Shown here: positions 42,093 to 52,644 of the stretch, one piece after another
Position numbering within the stretch: position 1 is the first letter of the stretch
Layout: the number at the start of each line of letters is the position of its first letter
DNA from: Sulfuricurvum sp.
GTDB lineage: Bacteria; Campylobacterota; Campylobacteria; Campylobacterales; Sulfurimonadaceae
DNA length: 64,000 nucleotides
Assembly (NCBI GenBank): GCA_011391735.1
Contig: JAABPY010000115.1
Coordinates: forward strand, 1,291 to 65,290
Direction: 5' to 3'
The notes under the pieces: generated by a model
Databases searched by the model: none
Seen by the model: only the letters and a program-made list of their open reading frames with translations
What the model was told of the DNA's origin: nothing
Translations under genes and position numbers: made by a program

Positions 42093-42923
42093 CTATTTTT
42101 GATAAATGAGTGTAGACTCAATTTTTTTTGCTTTAAAGACCGACGTTATGCGGCTCATATATTCAGCATGTCCAAGCAAGACATATCCACTTGGATTGAC
42201 CATATCATAAAAAGTCATGGCAACCTCTTTTCTGCTGGCATCATCAAAGTAAATCAACATATTGCGCGAAAAAATAACATCAAATTTACCCAATTGACGC
42301 ATTTGCATTTTATCAAATACATTGGCAACTTTGAAGTCAACTGTCCCTATCAAATCGTCAATGAGCTCATATCCCAATGTCCGTTTTTTAAAATTCTTTG
42401 CCAATACTTTGGGAGGGATAGCGTGAACCGAACGCTCCGAATATTTGGCTGCTTTGGCTTTGGCGATGACGGTACTGTCGATATCGATACCAACGACTTC
42501 AATATCTCGATCTTCAATGAGGCGTCCCTCTTCAAGAAGGTGTAAAATAATTGAATAAGGCTCTTCACCCGTGGAACACGGAGCACACAAGATACGAATA
42601 GTCTGTTGGCGGGGTCTAAGTGCATGCAACTCAGGTAAAATACGATTAACCAACACTTCAAACTGCTCTTTTTCACGGTAAAAATAGGTCTCGTTCACGG
42701 TGACAGCATTCATCAGTTCCTGAAATTCTGTCCCATCTTTATCCTCAAAACGGAGGGTATAAAAATATTTACGAAACGAATCTATCCCAATAACTTTAGC
42801 ACGATTATCAATATATTTCGCTAATTTATCAAAATGTTTATCCGCTTCTAAAAATATCCCCGTCTTACGATAAATATATTCCCCTATTTTTCCAAAATCA
42901 ATATTGGATAAAAGGTACCCCAT
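42093..42923 (-). CDS. cheR: Chemotaxis methyltransferase
   Basis: TVNETYFYRE, CSTGEEPYS, IFSRNMLIYF, LLGHAE. Confidence 0.96.
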   Translation of the reverse strand: MGYLLSNIDFGKIGEYIYRKTGIFLEADKHFDKLAKYIDNRAKVIGIDSFRKYFYTLRFEDKDGTEFQELMNAVTVNETYFYREKEQFEVLVNRILPELHALRPRQQTIRILCAPCSTGEEPYSIILHLLEEGRLIEDRDIEVVGIDIDSTVIAKAKAAKYSERSVHAIPPKVLAKNFKKRTLGYELIDDLIGTVDFKVANVFDKMQMRQLGKFDVIFSRNMLIYFDDASRKEVAMTFYDMVNPSGYVLLGHAEYMSRITSVFKAKKIESTLIYQK

Positions 42924-42926
42924 CTT

Positions 42927-43553
42927 CTACCCCCGAATACTGCGAATAGCATTATCAACGGCAAACTCAACGTATGGATCGTTGAAACGGCTTTTAACAT
43001 TCTCAAGTAAAGGAATATCCCCTATTTCTCCGATTTCTGACATATAGTCTACCGCCGTCATTGCCACATTAATGTCATTCTCATGCTCAAGAAGTTCACA
43101 TAACATTTCACGTGATTCCGCAAAAGTGACATCCCCAAGAACATTAATAGCAAAAATACGAAGATCACGATCATTCCCAATAAGGAATTTAACAATGTAA
43201 TATTTAATAGCGTCCCCATAACTTTGAAGTATGGTAATCCCAAAATTACGAATATAGGCATTGCGTACTTTTAATAAATCCATCACCGACTCAATAGGAG
43301 CACTTTTGGGATCAATACTGCTAAGTACGGATGCAATATAACTTGCCATATCTTTATGAATGTAAGGGCTATCAATCAGAAGTTCGACTAGCTTCTCTCC
43401 ACCCCCTTCAAACTGAGGCATCTGATCCACGGCGTATCTTTGGGCATCAAAATTATCTTTTTGATCCAAATAATATTCAAGCGCCTCCTCCAATGTTTCA
43501 AGATCGGGGAATTCCTCTATACGGGGTAAGTTGTGTATTTTTACCAGTGCCAT
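42927..43553 (-). CDS. HEAT-repeat protein
   Basis: DRDLRIFAINVLGD, DINVAMTAVDYMSEIG; between cheB and cheR. Confidence 0.8.
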   Translation of the reverse strand: MALVKIHNLPRIEEFPDLETLEEALEYYLDQKDNFDAQRYAVDQMPQFEGGGEKLVELLIDSPYIHKDMASYIASVLSSIDPKSAPIESVMDLLKVRNAYIRNFGITILQSYGDAIKYYIVKFLIGNDRDLRIFAINVLGDVTFAESREMLCELLEHENDINVAMTAVDYMSEIGEIGDIPLLENVKSRFNDPYVEFAVDNAIRSIRG

Positions 43554-43562
43554 CTATGCCCC

Positions 43563-44636
43563 CTAACGCAATGTTTGCAATGCTTTCAAGATTTTTGGAA
43601 ATGCTAATTGTTGACATACTCCACCCCGCTCATATGCTTCTCTTGGCATCCCGTATACGGTGGCGGTCTCTTCGCTCTCACCGATGGTAAAACCACCAGC
43701 TTTTTTAATCTTCACCATCCCCTCTGCGCCATCATCACCAATTCCCGTCAACAATACCGCTGTAATTTGCTCACCCGAAAAGACTTTTAGTGCGCTCTCA
43801 AACATCTCATCCACGCTAGGCTGAAAGAAACGATTATTCTTCCCTTTCTCTTCGCGTATCACTATCTTGCCTGTCACTTTTTTGGCAAAATGGAGGTGAA
43901 TTCCCCCTCGTGCAATATACACTATCCCATTGGAAAGCTCCAAATGATCTTTACACTCTACGACGGGCAAAAGGCTTACCTTATCCAACCGTGTTGCAAA
44001 TGCCGCCGTAAACTGTTCTGGCATATGCTGTACAATACATACCGCATAAGGGAAATCTTTTGGTAATGATCGGCATATTTGCTCAATCAATCCAGGGCCT
44101 CCTGTTGATGAGCCAATCAATAAAATCTTCGTCACATTACCCGAAACAGTAGTAGCACTACCCTCTTCACTAGGACGCACACGTTCTCGAACGGCTACAG
44201 GACGCTCCCGTTGCGCAGGACGACGAGCGATGGTTTTTAGGCGACGAGGAGAGATACGACTAAGAGATTGAACTTTTTGGAGAATATCATCACGGTTTTC
44301 AGCCTTACCAACATTCATTGTCCCTGGTTTAGCAATATAATCAACAGCACCCAAATCAAGGGCTTCCATCGTAATTCCTGCACTCTGGGTTGTTAACGAG
44401 CTGATCATTAAAATAGGAGTTGGACGTACTTGCATAATTTTTTCAACTGCTGTCAGTCCATCCATTACGGGCATATTGATATCCATTGTAATGACATCAT
44501 ACTGTGTATCGGTCGCTTTTTGAACCGCTTCAGCACCATTACGCGCCGTATCAATCTCAAATCCTAAGGTTTGAATAATTTCCGTTAACTGTTTGCGAAC
44601 CAATGCGGAATCATCAGCAATTAATACTTTTTTCAT
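43563..44636 (-). CDS. cheB: Chemotaxis methylesterase
   Basis: REC domain, GSSTGGP, VQHMP, PSVD, LTGIGDDG. Confidence 0.96.
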   Translation of the reverse strand: MKKVLIADDSALVRKQLTEIIQTLGFEIDTARNGAEAVQKATDTQYDVITMDINMPVMDGLTAVEKIMQVRPTPILMISSLTTQSAGITMEALDLGAVDYIAKPGTMNVGKAENRDDILQKVQSLSRISPRRLKTIARRPAQRERPVAVRERVRPSEEGSATTVSGNVTKILLIGSSTGGPGLIEQICRSLPKDFPYAVCIVQHMPEQFTAAFATRLDKVSLLPVVECKDHLELSNGIVYIARGGIHLHFAKKVTGKIVIREEKGKNNRFFQPSVDEMFESALKVFSGEQITAVLLTGIGDDGAEGMVKIKKAGGFTIGESEETATVYGMPREAYERGGVCQQLAFPKILKALQTLR

Positions 44637-46003
44637 TTCACCCCTTTGATAAGTTTCGAGATATCCGGATTAAAGAGAAGAACTAACCGTCTCCCCTCAT
44701 CAAGATGAAGGATATGAGAAAACGTCTCCCCTTCACTGTCATCTTTATGCATCTGTTCATGAGAAATCCCCATAACGTCACTTACCATATTAACAAAAAA
44801 TCCCACTCTCCCTTGAGACGTATGGCAGATAATGATTTTTTGATCTTCACCCACAGGAGGGGATATTCCCAACCGTTTGTATAAAGAACCAATCGTCACG
44901 ATTTGTCCCCGAATATTAATCACCCCATCGACCATTTCAGGGGCATTGACGACAGGCGTAACAAGGGTCATATCGATAATTTCAGCAACCTCTTCGATAT
45001 TAAAAGCATATTCTTCATTTCCAAGTCGGAAAATAACCACTTCCATACTTTGAAGTTTTTTCTCCTCAGTACCAACGACTTCATTGGTCACAATTAATTC
45101 CTCATTTTGAAGTAAAATTGCATCAATCAACTCTACCCCAATAAGTGAAATCAATCTCTCTCCATGTTTGATGATCCCAAAAGTTTGATTGGCATCCCTT
45201 CGGTCATGAATAGTATCAAAATCACTATGAGAAAATTCGTGAATATCCACAATTTCATCAATAATAAGCCCTAAAGTTTTCCCCTGTCGCTCTACAATCA
45301 TAATTCTATTTTTGTCACTGATATGGGGAGTCACCTCAGAAAAACGGCGTAAATCCGCAACGACAATAAGTTCATTACGAAGAAGCATCACCCCCTCTAT
45401 CTCGGGATTTGCCCCTGCAATAGGGGTGATGGCAATGTTCGTATGTAAAATCTCACGAAGATTGTCAATCAATATCGCATATTCCGCCATTCCCATTTTA
45501 AAAACAAGATAACGCTCATGGCTTTGGACAACACGCTTAATATCTGTAGCAACTTTTTCACTTACACTTTGAGATTCTACGGTTACTTTATGAATACACC
45601 GTATGGCATATTCCAAATCAACCACTTGAATAAGCTCATCTCCATGATGAACAATCGCAATAATCGCCTCTTCAGACGCATCCAAATATTCAATCTTATC
45701 GGGACTTATTCCCAAAGAAACACCCACTTCATCGACTAATAACGAGAGTGTATTCAGTGGAGAAACAAGCGTAACGACACGATTCTTTTGGGAATTACCT
45801 TCGCAAGCAGAAAGACCAAGCAATAAATTAAAGTCCAAGACAGTAACGATGTCCCCACCAACCGCACACAATCCGTGCACTTGAGGAGGGCTTAATACCA
45901 ATGCCGTAATATCTGGAACACGAAGAATTTGACCAATATAAGAGGTGGAGATGCCAAAAGAGATACCACCATGACGTACTATCAAGATTTCTTCGATAAG
46001 CAT
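44633..46003 (-). CDS. cheW: Triple-domain CheW
   Basis: Three successive CheW-like blocks in about 456 aa. Confidence 0.88.
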   Translation of the reverse strand: MLIEEILIVRHGGISFGISTSYIGQILRVPDITALVLSPPQVHGLCAVGGDIVTVLDFNLLLGLSACEGNSQKNRVVTLVSPLNTLSLLVDEVGVSLGISPDKIEYLDASEEAIIAIVHHGDELIQVVDLEYAIRCIHKVTVESQSVSEKVATDIKRVVQSHERYLVFKMGMAEYAILIDNLREILHTNIAITPIAGANPEIEGVMLLRNELIVVADLRRFSEVTPHISDKNRIMIVERQGKTLGLIIDEIVDIHEFSHSDFDTIHDRRDANQTFGIIKHGERLISLIGVELIDAILLQNEELIVTNEVVGTEEKKLQSMEVVIFRLGNEEYAFNIEEVAEIIDMTLVTPVVNAPEMVDGVINIRGQIVTIGSLYKRLGISPPVGEDQKIIICHTSQGRVGFFVNMVSDVMGISHEQMHKDDSEGETFSHILHLDEGRRLVLLFNPDISKLIKGVK

Positions 46004-46008
46004 CAAGA

Positions 46009-47892
46009 TTACCCTTGTTGAAGTTCATCAGCCATAACAGCAAGCTCTTCAACTCCCTCCGAAATATGGTTGACCGTTTCGATAATCAGCTCACTTGCTT
46101 TACGTGATTCTTGGGCATTTCGAGCAGAGAGTTCGACTGCTTTTTGGATCTCACTAATTCCGATAAGTCCTTGATTTAACCCTTCGATATTTTGATCATT
46201 AATCGTTTTAAGTCCTGTAAAACGGTCTAAAAGGTCAATCAACATACTGGTAATTTTATCAATTTCGTGAACAAGAGCAGTGATTTGCTCTTTTTCCCCC
46301 TCTTGATTGACCAAAAGTTTCAACCACTCCGTACGTACCATATCAATTTCAGCATTCATCGATTCAATAGTATCGTTAATTTTTTCCGTATTGGACTCCG
46401 AATCTTTGGCAAGATTACGAATATCAGCACTAACAACGGCAAACCCTTTACCAAAATCCCCCGCCCGCGCTGCTTCAATCGAACCACTAATGGCTAACAT
46501 ATTAAGCTGAATAATACTGTTAGAGATACTTCCTACGGTTTTATCAACATTGCGGGTCTCTTTGACGATCACATCCAGCTCACCGCTAGCGGAGCCCCCT
46601 TCTGTCATAGAAGCACTAAAATCGTTGCCGATTCCCGTCATTTGCCCTTTAACTTCAGCAAAAGAGACTTTGAGTAAATCAAAATTACGACGGGCGATTT
46701 CAATTAATTTACTGATATCTTTAGAGGCGTGAACCCCTTGTTCAAAGAGTTCTTTATTGGTAATAGCGCTTTGGTTCGTCGATTGCGATGCCGCTTCGAT
46801 TTGGTTGAGCCCTGAGGTGACCTCTTTGAGAGAACTTTGAATATCATCCATTGAAGAGCTAATCGCATCGGCAGATGCCGCAATCTCTTCGGCTGATTTC
46901 ATGGTATCCGTAGAGTACTTAAGCTCTTCGGAGAGATTGTTAAGCTCTTTAATATCCTCTTCTGTTTGTACCAATGAATTGCTTTGCATTTCAATACTGT
47001 TAAGCGTTTTTTCTACCGAACGGGCTATCTCACTTGACGCATCAGCGATGTCTTTGCTCCCATCACTAATTTGAGCAATAGCTTGGCTGAGGCTTTGGGT
47101 GTAACTGCTCATACTGCGTGCCGCTTCAACCGAATAGACCGCAATTTTCGTCAGCTCTTCCATCTTGAAACTAAGAGCACTTCCACGCCCCCCTGTTTGT
47201 TCGATAATATTGGTCGTTGCATTGATACTTTTGATGATATTATCGATACTTTCTTGGATTTTATTGACCAAACGGGAGATGAAATCGGCATTTTTTTCCG
47301 ATTCTCCTGCAAGGGCACGTGTCTCATCGGCGACCACTGCGAACCCTTTTCCATGTTCTTTTGCACGGCTTGCTTCGATGGCTGCATTGAGGGCGAGAAG
47401 ATTGGTTTGATCGGCAATTTTTGCAATAAATCCAACCGCCTCTCCAATATTTTCAGAAGAACGCTTAAGCTCTTCCGATTTTTTGGAGGAGGTTTTAGCC
47501 ACATTAACCGCTTTTGCCATTCGCTCTACCGAAGTATTAATCGTCCCTACCGATGCCATAATATTATCCCCAGCAGCCAGCGTTGAAGAGATCACGGTGT
47601 CAATGCTAGAGGTCATTCGCCCAATATTGGAGCTAATCGAACGGACATTTTTAAGGGCTTGTTCACTTGCCCCACTATTCTCTTCGGCTGCTGTAGCAAT
47701 TTGCTCCATCGAGCTTTTGAGCTGTTCAATCGCACTCACACTCTCTTGCGCATTATCCAAAATGGTTGTTGCCACCCCTGCGATACTCTCTGAAATTTGT
47801 TGTTGCTTTGCCAATGTACGCTGACGGCGCTTATCGGGTCCCATCCCTGCTACTGCCATGGGTGCAGATTCTCCTCGTCTAACTAATGCCAT
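46009..47892 (-). CDS. Cytoplasmic chemoreceptor with two signalling hairpins (DosM-like)
   Basis: No TM; [29 protein letters not shown] and QLNMLAISGSIEAARAGDFGKGFAVVSAD. Confidence 0.88.
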   Translation of the reverse strand: MALVRRGESAPMAVAGMGPDKRRQRTLAKQQQISESIAGVATTILDNAQESVSAIEQLKSSMEQIATAAEENSGASEQALKNVRSISSNIGRMTSSIDTVISSTLAAGDNIMASVGTINTSVERMAKAVNVAKTSSKKSEELKRSSENIGEAVGFIAKIADQTNLLALNAAIEASRAKEHGKGFAVVADETRALAGESEKNADFISRLVNKIQESIDNIIKSINATTNIIEQTGGRGSALSFKMEELTKIAVYSVEAARSMSSYTQSLSQAIAQISDGSKDIADASSEIARSVEKTLNSIEMQSNSLVQTEEDIKELNNLSEELKYSTDTMKSAEEIAASADAISSSMDDIQSSLKEVTSGLNQIEAASQSTNQSAITNKELFEQGVHASKDISKLIEIARRNFDLLKVSFAEVKGQMTGIGNDFSASMTEGGSASGELDVIVKETRNVDKTVGSISNSIIQLNMLAISGSIEAARAGDFGKGFAVVSADIRNLAKDSESNTEKINDTIESMNAEIDMVRTEWLKLLVNQEGEKEQITALVHEIDKITSMLIDLLDRFTGLKTINDQNIEGLNQGLIGISEIQKAVELSARNAQESRKASELIIETVNHISEGVEELAVMADELQQG

Positions 47893-47901
47893 AATCTCTC
47901 C

Positions 47902-48330
47902 TTAGTCCAATGTTGCGTAAAGTGCTTCTGATTTTTTAATATCGTCACGTGAGGGTTTGATACGAATAGAGACGTATTTTACATTTCCATTTTTATCGGT
48001 TGAGCGCAAGACGGTGGCGTATACCCAGTAGTATCCTCCCCCTTTTCGGGCATTTTTTACAAATCCTGTCCAAAAGCCTTTGCTTTGAACATCTTCCCAG
48101 AGTGATTTAAAAGCAGCACGAGGCATATCAGGATGTCGAACAATATTATGCGGATTACCAAGTAAATCCGTCGCCTTCCATCCTGCCACTTTGGCAAATG
48201 AATCACTTACGTAGGTAATAATCCCTTTTTCATCCGTCTCCGATAATAAATATAAATCGTCGTATAGCACCTCGCCGTCGTCTAAAAACGTCAACCCTCC
48301 GCTATGCGCCGTATCATCTGTTTTCGCCAT
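47902..48330 (-). CDS. Stand-alone Aer/CetB-type PAS protein
   Basis: LSETDEKGIITY, PHNIVRHPDMP..AF..LW, W.GFVKN..K.G.YYWV. Confidence 0.88.
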   Translation of the reverse strand: MAKTDDTAHSGGLTFLDDGEVLYDDLYLLSETDEKGIITYVSDSFAKVAGWKATDLLGNPHNIVRHPDMPRAAFKSLWEDVQSKGFWTGFVKNARKGGGYYWVYATVLRSTDKNGNVKYVSIRIKPSRDDIKKSEALYATLD

Positions 48331-48517
48331 AATGTACCCTCCGTCATAATCCCTATAATTGAGAGTAGCATAACGTTACATCTCTAAATACAAACTGAAA
48401 ATTAAATCGTTAAAACAGTTTTTAATCCCTTTTCTTAAAATAATTTATTAAAAAAAAGTTATAATTCATCCTTATTGATCTGCTGACACCAATCATCCTA
48501 TTTTCCAAAGGAATAAA

Positions 48518-49213
48518 ATGAAAAAATTACTTCTAATTGGTACCTTACTTGCCACCTCTTTGAGTGCTTTTTCCACCACCAATATTCAGTACCTCTATGG
48601 TAATTTTGAAGGTCCAACATTTTTGGATACCCAAAGCGGTGCCAAACAAACGCTAACCGCAGAGCACTATCGCACATGGGACTATGGAGATCTATTCACC
48701 TTTGCCGATTACACCTACGCCAAAAATGGTCTTCAGTTTACAAATGAGAAAAATGACCTCTACGGAGAAATATCACCCCGTATTAGCCTTAATAAAGTCG
48801 GTGAATTTGCAACCTCGAATGGGTTAATCAAAGAGTATTACACCTCTTTTCAGTATAACGGCTCCAATACCTATCACGCATGGCTGTATGGCGGAGGGGT
48901 TGATCTCAATCTCCCAAAATTTAGTGTTTTTGGACTCAATGTGTATCGAAAAATCCAAAACATCGGGGAGGATACCTATCAGCTCTCGGCGAATTATTAT
49001 CTTCCCCTGAGTGATCGATGGCATTTTGAAGGGTTTGTGGATTGGACAACTGTTGATTTTACGAGTCAAAATCAGTTGTTATTTACTCTCCCACCAAGTA
49101 TGGGACTATCTAAAGGAAAAATAGAAGTAGGGACAGAGTGGCACTACTATCATGAGAACCGTTACCACACGAATAACGATGTTTTTCAAGCAATGATTAA
49201 ATATCGATGGTAA
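48518..49213 (+). CDS. Tsx-like outer membrane channel
   Basis: Signal peptide, LTAEH...WDYGDLFTFAD, YGEISPRISL, C-terminal aromatic YRW. Confidence 0.75.
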   Translation: MKKLLLIGTLLATSLSAFSTTNIQYLYGNFEGPTFLDTQSGAKQTLTAEHYRTWDYGDLFTFADYTYAKNGLQFTNEKNDLYGEISPRISLNKVGEFATSNGLIKEYYTSFQYNGSNTYHAWLYGGGVDLNLPKFSVFGLNVYRKIQNIGEDTYQLSANYYLPLSDRWHFEGFVDWTTVDFTSQNQLLFTLPPSMGLSKGKIEVGTEWHYYHENRYHTNNDVFQAMIKYRW

Positions 49214-49222
49214 AAAGAGTCT

Positions 49223-49318
49223 CTACTCTTTTTGCATCACCGCCCACACAAAACCGCCCAAACCACCAGCAACGACGATCACTAAAAACCCTACTTGAAC
49301 CCAATCCATTCCATTCAT
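49223..49318 (-). CDS. 31-aa hydrophobic microprotein ([31 protein letters not shown])
   Basis: Manual translation; ATGA overlap with the rlmN stop; GAGG upstream. Confidence 0.7.
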   Translation of the reverse strand: MNGMDWVQVGFLVIVVAGGLGGFVWAVMQKE

Positions 49319-50391
49319 GATATCACCTCGTTCAAATCTTTTTCTTTGAGTTGTCCACACGCTGCACTAATATCCAACCCTTTGGAGTCGCGTATCGTAC
49401 ACAACACTCCATGCGTCGTCAAATATTCTTGAAACTTCACCATATCCCCTCTCGTAGGACGACCATAATCAGACCCCTCATACGGGTTAAAAAAGATAAG
49501 ATTGACTTTGGCTTTAATCCCATGCAACAGCTTGACCAACTTTTTCGCTGAGCCCAAATCATCATTTTTATCTTTGATGACCAAATACTCAAACATCACC
49601 CGTTTACGCGTATCAATCGGGAACCGTTTTACTGCATCAATAATCGAGGCAATATTATAAGCTTTGTTCATCGGTATGAGTTCGCTTCGCAATTCATCAT
49701 CCACCGCATGAAGCGAAATAGCAATATGAACTCCCAAATCCATTTCCCCAAGCTTATCGATTTTGGTACTCAAACCACTCGTGGAGACCGTTTGCCGTTT
49801 CCCTGAAATAGAAAGCCCCTCTTCATCTTTGAAAATCGTAATCGCTTTGGCAAGATTGTCCAGATTATCCAGCGGCTCCCCCATCCCCATATAGACGATA
49901 TTAAGACGCTTTGACGCTGCTAACCCATTGTCTGCTTTGACGGCAAGTACCTGTGCGACAATCTCCCCAGCACTGAGATCACGGCTAAAGCCCCCCTTAG
50001 CCGTGAGACAAAAGGTACACCCTACCTTGCACCCCACCTGCGTCGAAACACACACCGTATAGCGCGCTTCATTTTCAACATTTCCCTCGTCGTCGATAGA
50101 CTCATCTTTCATTTTGAGCCATACTGTCTCGACTGTTTTACCATCACTAAGTTCAAAAAGATACTTGATCGTCCCATCGGTAGAACATTCCTTACGGGCA
50201 ATCTTGAGGGGCATAATCTCATACTTTTGCGCCAACTCTTCTCTCATCGCCTTGGGGAGATTTTGCATCGTATCAAAACTTGTCGCATATTGATGATAAA
50301 TCCACCCCCATATTTGTTTGGAGCGAAACGAGGGTTTGACCAATGCTGCAAGTTCTGCTTTGCTATAATCAAGGATAGAGGGTTTAGACAT
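49315..50391 (-). CDS. rlmN: 23S rRNA/tRNA m2A methyltransferase (radical SAM)
   Basis: [35 protein letters not shown]. Confidence 0.97.
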   Translation of the reverse strand: MSKPSILDYSKAELAALVKPSFRSKQIWGWIYHQYATSFDTMQNLPKAMREELAQKYEIMPLKIARKECSTDGTIKYLFELSDGKTVETVWLKMKDESIDDEGNVENEARYTVCVSTQVGCKVGCTFCLTAKGGFSRDLSAGEIVAQVLAVKADNGLAASKRLNIVYMGMGEPLDNLDNLAKAITIFKDEEGLSISGKRQTVSTSGLSTKIDKLGEMDLGVHIAISLHAVDDELRSELIPMNKAYNIASIIDAVKRFPIDTRKRVMFEYLVIKDKNDDLGSAKKLVKLLHGIKAKVNLIFFNPYEGSDYGRPTRGDMVKFQEYLTTHGVLCTIRDSKGLDISAACGQLKEKDLNEVIS

Positions 50392-50920
50392 GAAGGGCAC
50401 TCCGCTTTTGTAGATGTTGGGTTAATAATTCTTTGGCTTTCTCATGATGGGCAAGAAAGTCTCTATGGGCATTGCTATCACAATAGTTCGTCACACAAAA
50501 TACCCCACCAGCAGGAATATTAAACTCCTGTGCAACTCGCATCACACTAAAGAATTCCATATTTTCGATTTCCAATCCAAGAGAACGAAATTGCATCATG
50601 GCATTTTCACTGGTCGTAATATAATTGGAAGAATTTACCATAATATCTTTCAGATTTTGCGTTTGACTAGAGACGACATTATCAATAGGGGTATACCCGC
50701 TCCCACTCAAAAATCCCACCTCAATATTCGCCGCCGTTTTTGATTCGACAATCTCAAAAATAGCGTGTTTCCCATAACTCCCCGCACTCCCCACAAAGAG
50801 AATAAATTCAGGTTTATCAAACAAACACAATCGCGTAAGGTTCATAGCACTCTCGACTAACCCCACCCCAATAGGAAGGGCGAAGTCGAATGTTTCGTTG
50901 TTACCGGCACATAAAATCAT
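50384..50920 (-). CDS. PNP/UDP phosphorylase-fold protein
   Basis: [22 protein letters not shown]. Confidence 0.75.
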   Translation of the reverse strand: MILCAGNNETFDFALPIGVGLVESAMNLTRLCLFDKPEFILFVGSAGSYGKHAIFEIVESKTAANIEVGFLSGSGYTPIDNVVSSQTQNLKDIMVNSSNYITTSENAMMQFRSLGLEIENMEFFSVMRVAQEFNIPAGGVFCVTNYCDSNAHRDFLAHHEKAKELLTQHLQKRSALHV

Positions 50921-51675
50921 AACCTCACCGCAATCCCATTAGCACTCAAATACCGCTTCAAATCCATAATATCAATCTCTTTATAGTGAAAAATGCTCGC
51001 TGCCAATGCCGCATCGGCACCGTGATCGAAAGCGTCTTTGATATGCTCCATCGTTCCCGCACCTCCGCTAGCAATGACAGGAACATTCACGGCACGACTG
51101 ATTTGTTCCGTGATGGAGAGGTCAAATCCCGCTTTCGTCCCATCGGCGTCCATTGAGGTGAGAAGAATCTCTCCTGCACCGCGATCCACGACCTCTTTCG
51201 CCCAATCGAGGGCATTGATCCCCGTATCAACGCGTCCACCGTTGAGATAGACGTTCCATTGATCTCCTGTACGTTTAACATCAATAGCGACAACGATACA
51301 CTGGCTTCCAAACCGCTTCGCCCCTTCGTCGATAAAAATGGGACGTTTAATCGCAGCGGAATTAATACTCACCTTGTCACATCCCACGTTTAACAGTCGA
51401 TAAATATCATTAAGTTCTCGTATCCCCCCACCCACAGTAAGGGGGATAAAGACCTCACGGGCGACTTGCTCCACGATATGAACAATCGTGTCACGCTCTT
51501 CATGCGATGCGGTAATATCGAGAAACGTCAACTCATCCGCCCCCTCATCATTGTACCGCTTTGCCACTTCCACAGGATCCCCTGCATCTTTGAGCCCGAC
51601 GAAATTGACCCCTTTTACAACACGACCATCTTTTACATCCAAACACGGAATAATCCGCTTTGCAAAGTATTCCAT
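50917..51675 (-). CDS. hisF: Imidazole glycerol phosphate synthase cyclase subunit
   Basis: [29 protein letters not shown]. Confidence 0.97.
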   Translation of the reverse strand: MEYFAKRIIPCLDVKDGRVVKGVNFVGLKDAGDPVEVAKRYNDEGADELTFLDITASHEERDTIVHIVEQVAREVFIPLTVGGGIRELNDIYRLLNVGCDKVSINSAAIKRPIFIDEGAKRFGSQCIVVAIDVKRTGDQWNVYLNGGRVDTGINALDWAKEVVDRGAGEILLTSMDADGTKAGFDLSITEQISRAVNVPVIASGGAGTMEHIKDAFDHGADAALAASIFHYKEIDIMDLKRYLSANGIAVRL

Positions 51676-51787
51676 TCGTAAAACTCCCTTGCCTAATTAT
51701 CACAATTATAGTCCAGCATCACTTAACCCCCTATTTGATTTTTTATCTTAATACTTAATTAACCCTTTCTTAGATATACTTTATCCA

Positions 51788-52564
51788 ATGCAAAAAAGTA
51801 CTACTAAAGCCAAAAAAAGATTTGGTCAAAATTTTTTACGTGATGAGAGTGTTTTATCTCAAATCATCCAATCGATGCCCCTTACCCCTCACCGCATTGC
51901 GGAAATCGGGCCTGGATTAGGTGATTTAACTAAATATTTAGTTGATGTCAAAAGTGTTACTGCTTTTGAGGTCGATACCGACTTGTGCAAGCATTTACAG
52001 CACCATTTTGCCGATGTCATCGCTACCAATAAACTCACACTCCAATGCGGAGATGTGTTGGAAACTTGGAAGAGTGAGCTTTTGGATGAACCGTATGATT
52101 TAGTGGCGAATCTGCCCTATTACATTGCGACGAATATCATTCTAAAAGCCCTCGCTGATCCGGCGTGTAAAAATATGCTTGTCATGATTCAGCGTGAAGT
52201 GGCGGAGAAGTTTTCCGCCACACCCAATGAGAAAGCTTTTGGAGCACTCAGCGTAATAGCTCAAAGCGTGGCAGACATAGAAATTGTCCTCCATGTTCCG
52301 CCAACCGCATTTGAGCCTGCTCCCAAAGTCGATTCTGCCGTACTGCTCATTTCAAAACGGACGAATCGTAATGATGAAGGGTTTGAAGACTTTTTACGTG
52401 TTGCCTTTACACAGCCACGAAAAACCCTCAATAAAAATCTCACGGCATGCTATGATGGAGACTCTTTGACTCGTGCGTTTGAAACACTTGGCCTAGAAAA
52501 AACCATCCGACCTCATCAGCTTCGCACCTCTGACTTTCACCAGCTCTACGCCCTTTTACAATAG
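51788..52564 (+). CDS. rsmA: 16S rRNA dimethyladenosine transferase
   Basis: KKRFGQNFL, EIGPGLG, ANLPYYI, PAPKVDS. Confidence 0.97.
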   Translation: MQKSTTKAKKRFGQNFLRDESVLSQIIQSMPLTPHRIAEIGPGLGDLTKYLVDVKSVTAFEVDTDLCKHLQHHFADVIATNKLTLQCGDVLETWKSELLDEPYDLVANLPYYIATNIILKALADPACKNMLVMIQREVAEKFSATPNEKAFGALSVIAQSVADIEIVLHVPPTAFEPAPKVDSAVLLISKRTNRNDEGFEDFLRVAFTQPRKTLNKNLTACYDGDSLTRAFETLGLEKTIRPHQLRTSDFHQLYALLQ

Positions 52565-52644
52565 CCTCTTTTTTAGGCTCAAAACTGCGAGAGAGTTCCG
52601 TTTCAATTTAACAAAATACCAAATTAGTGTATAAGGATATTTCT

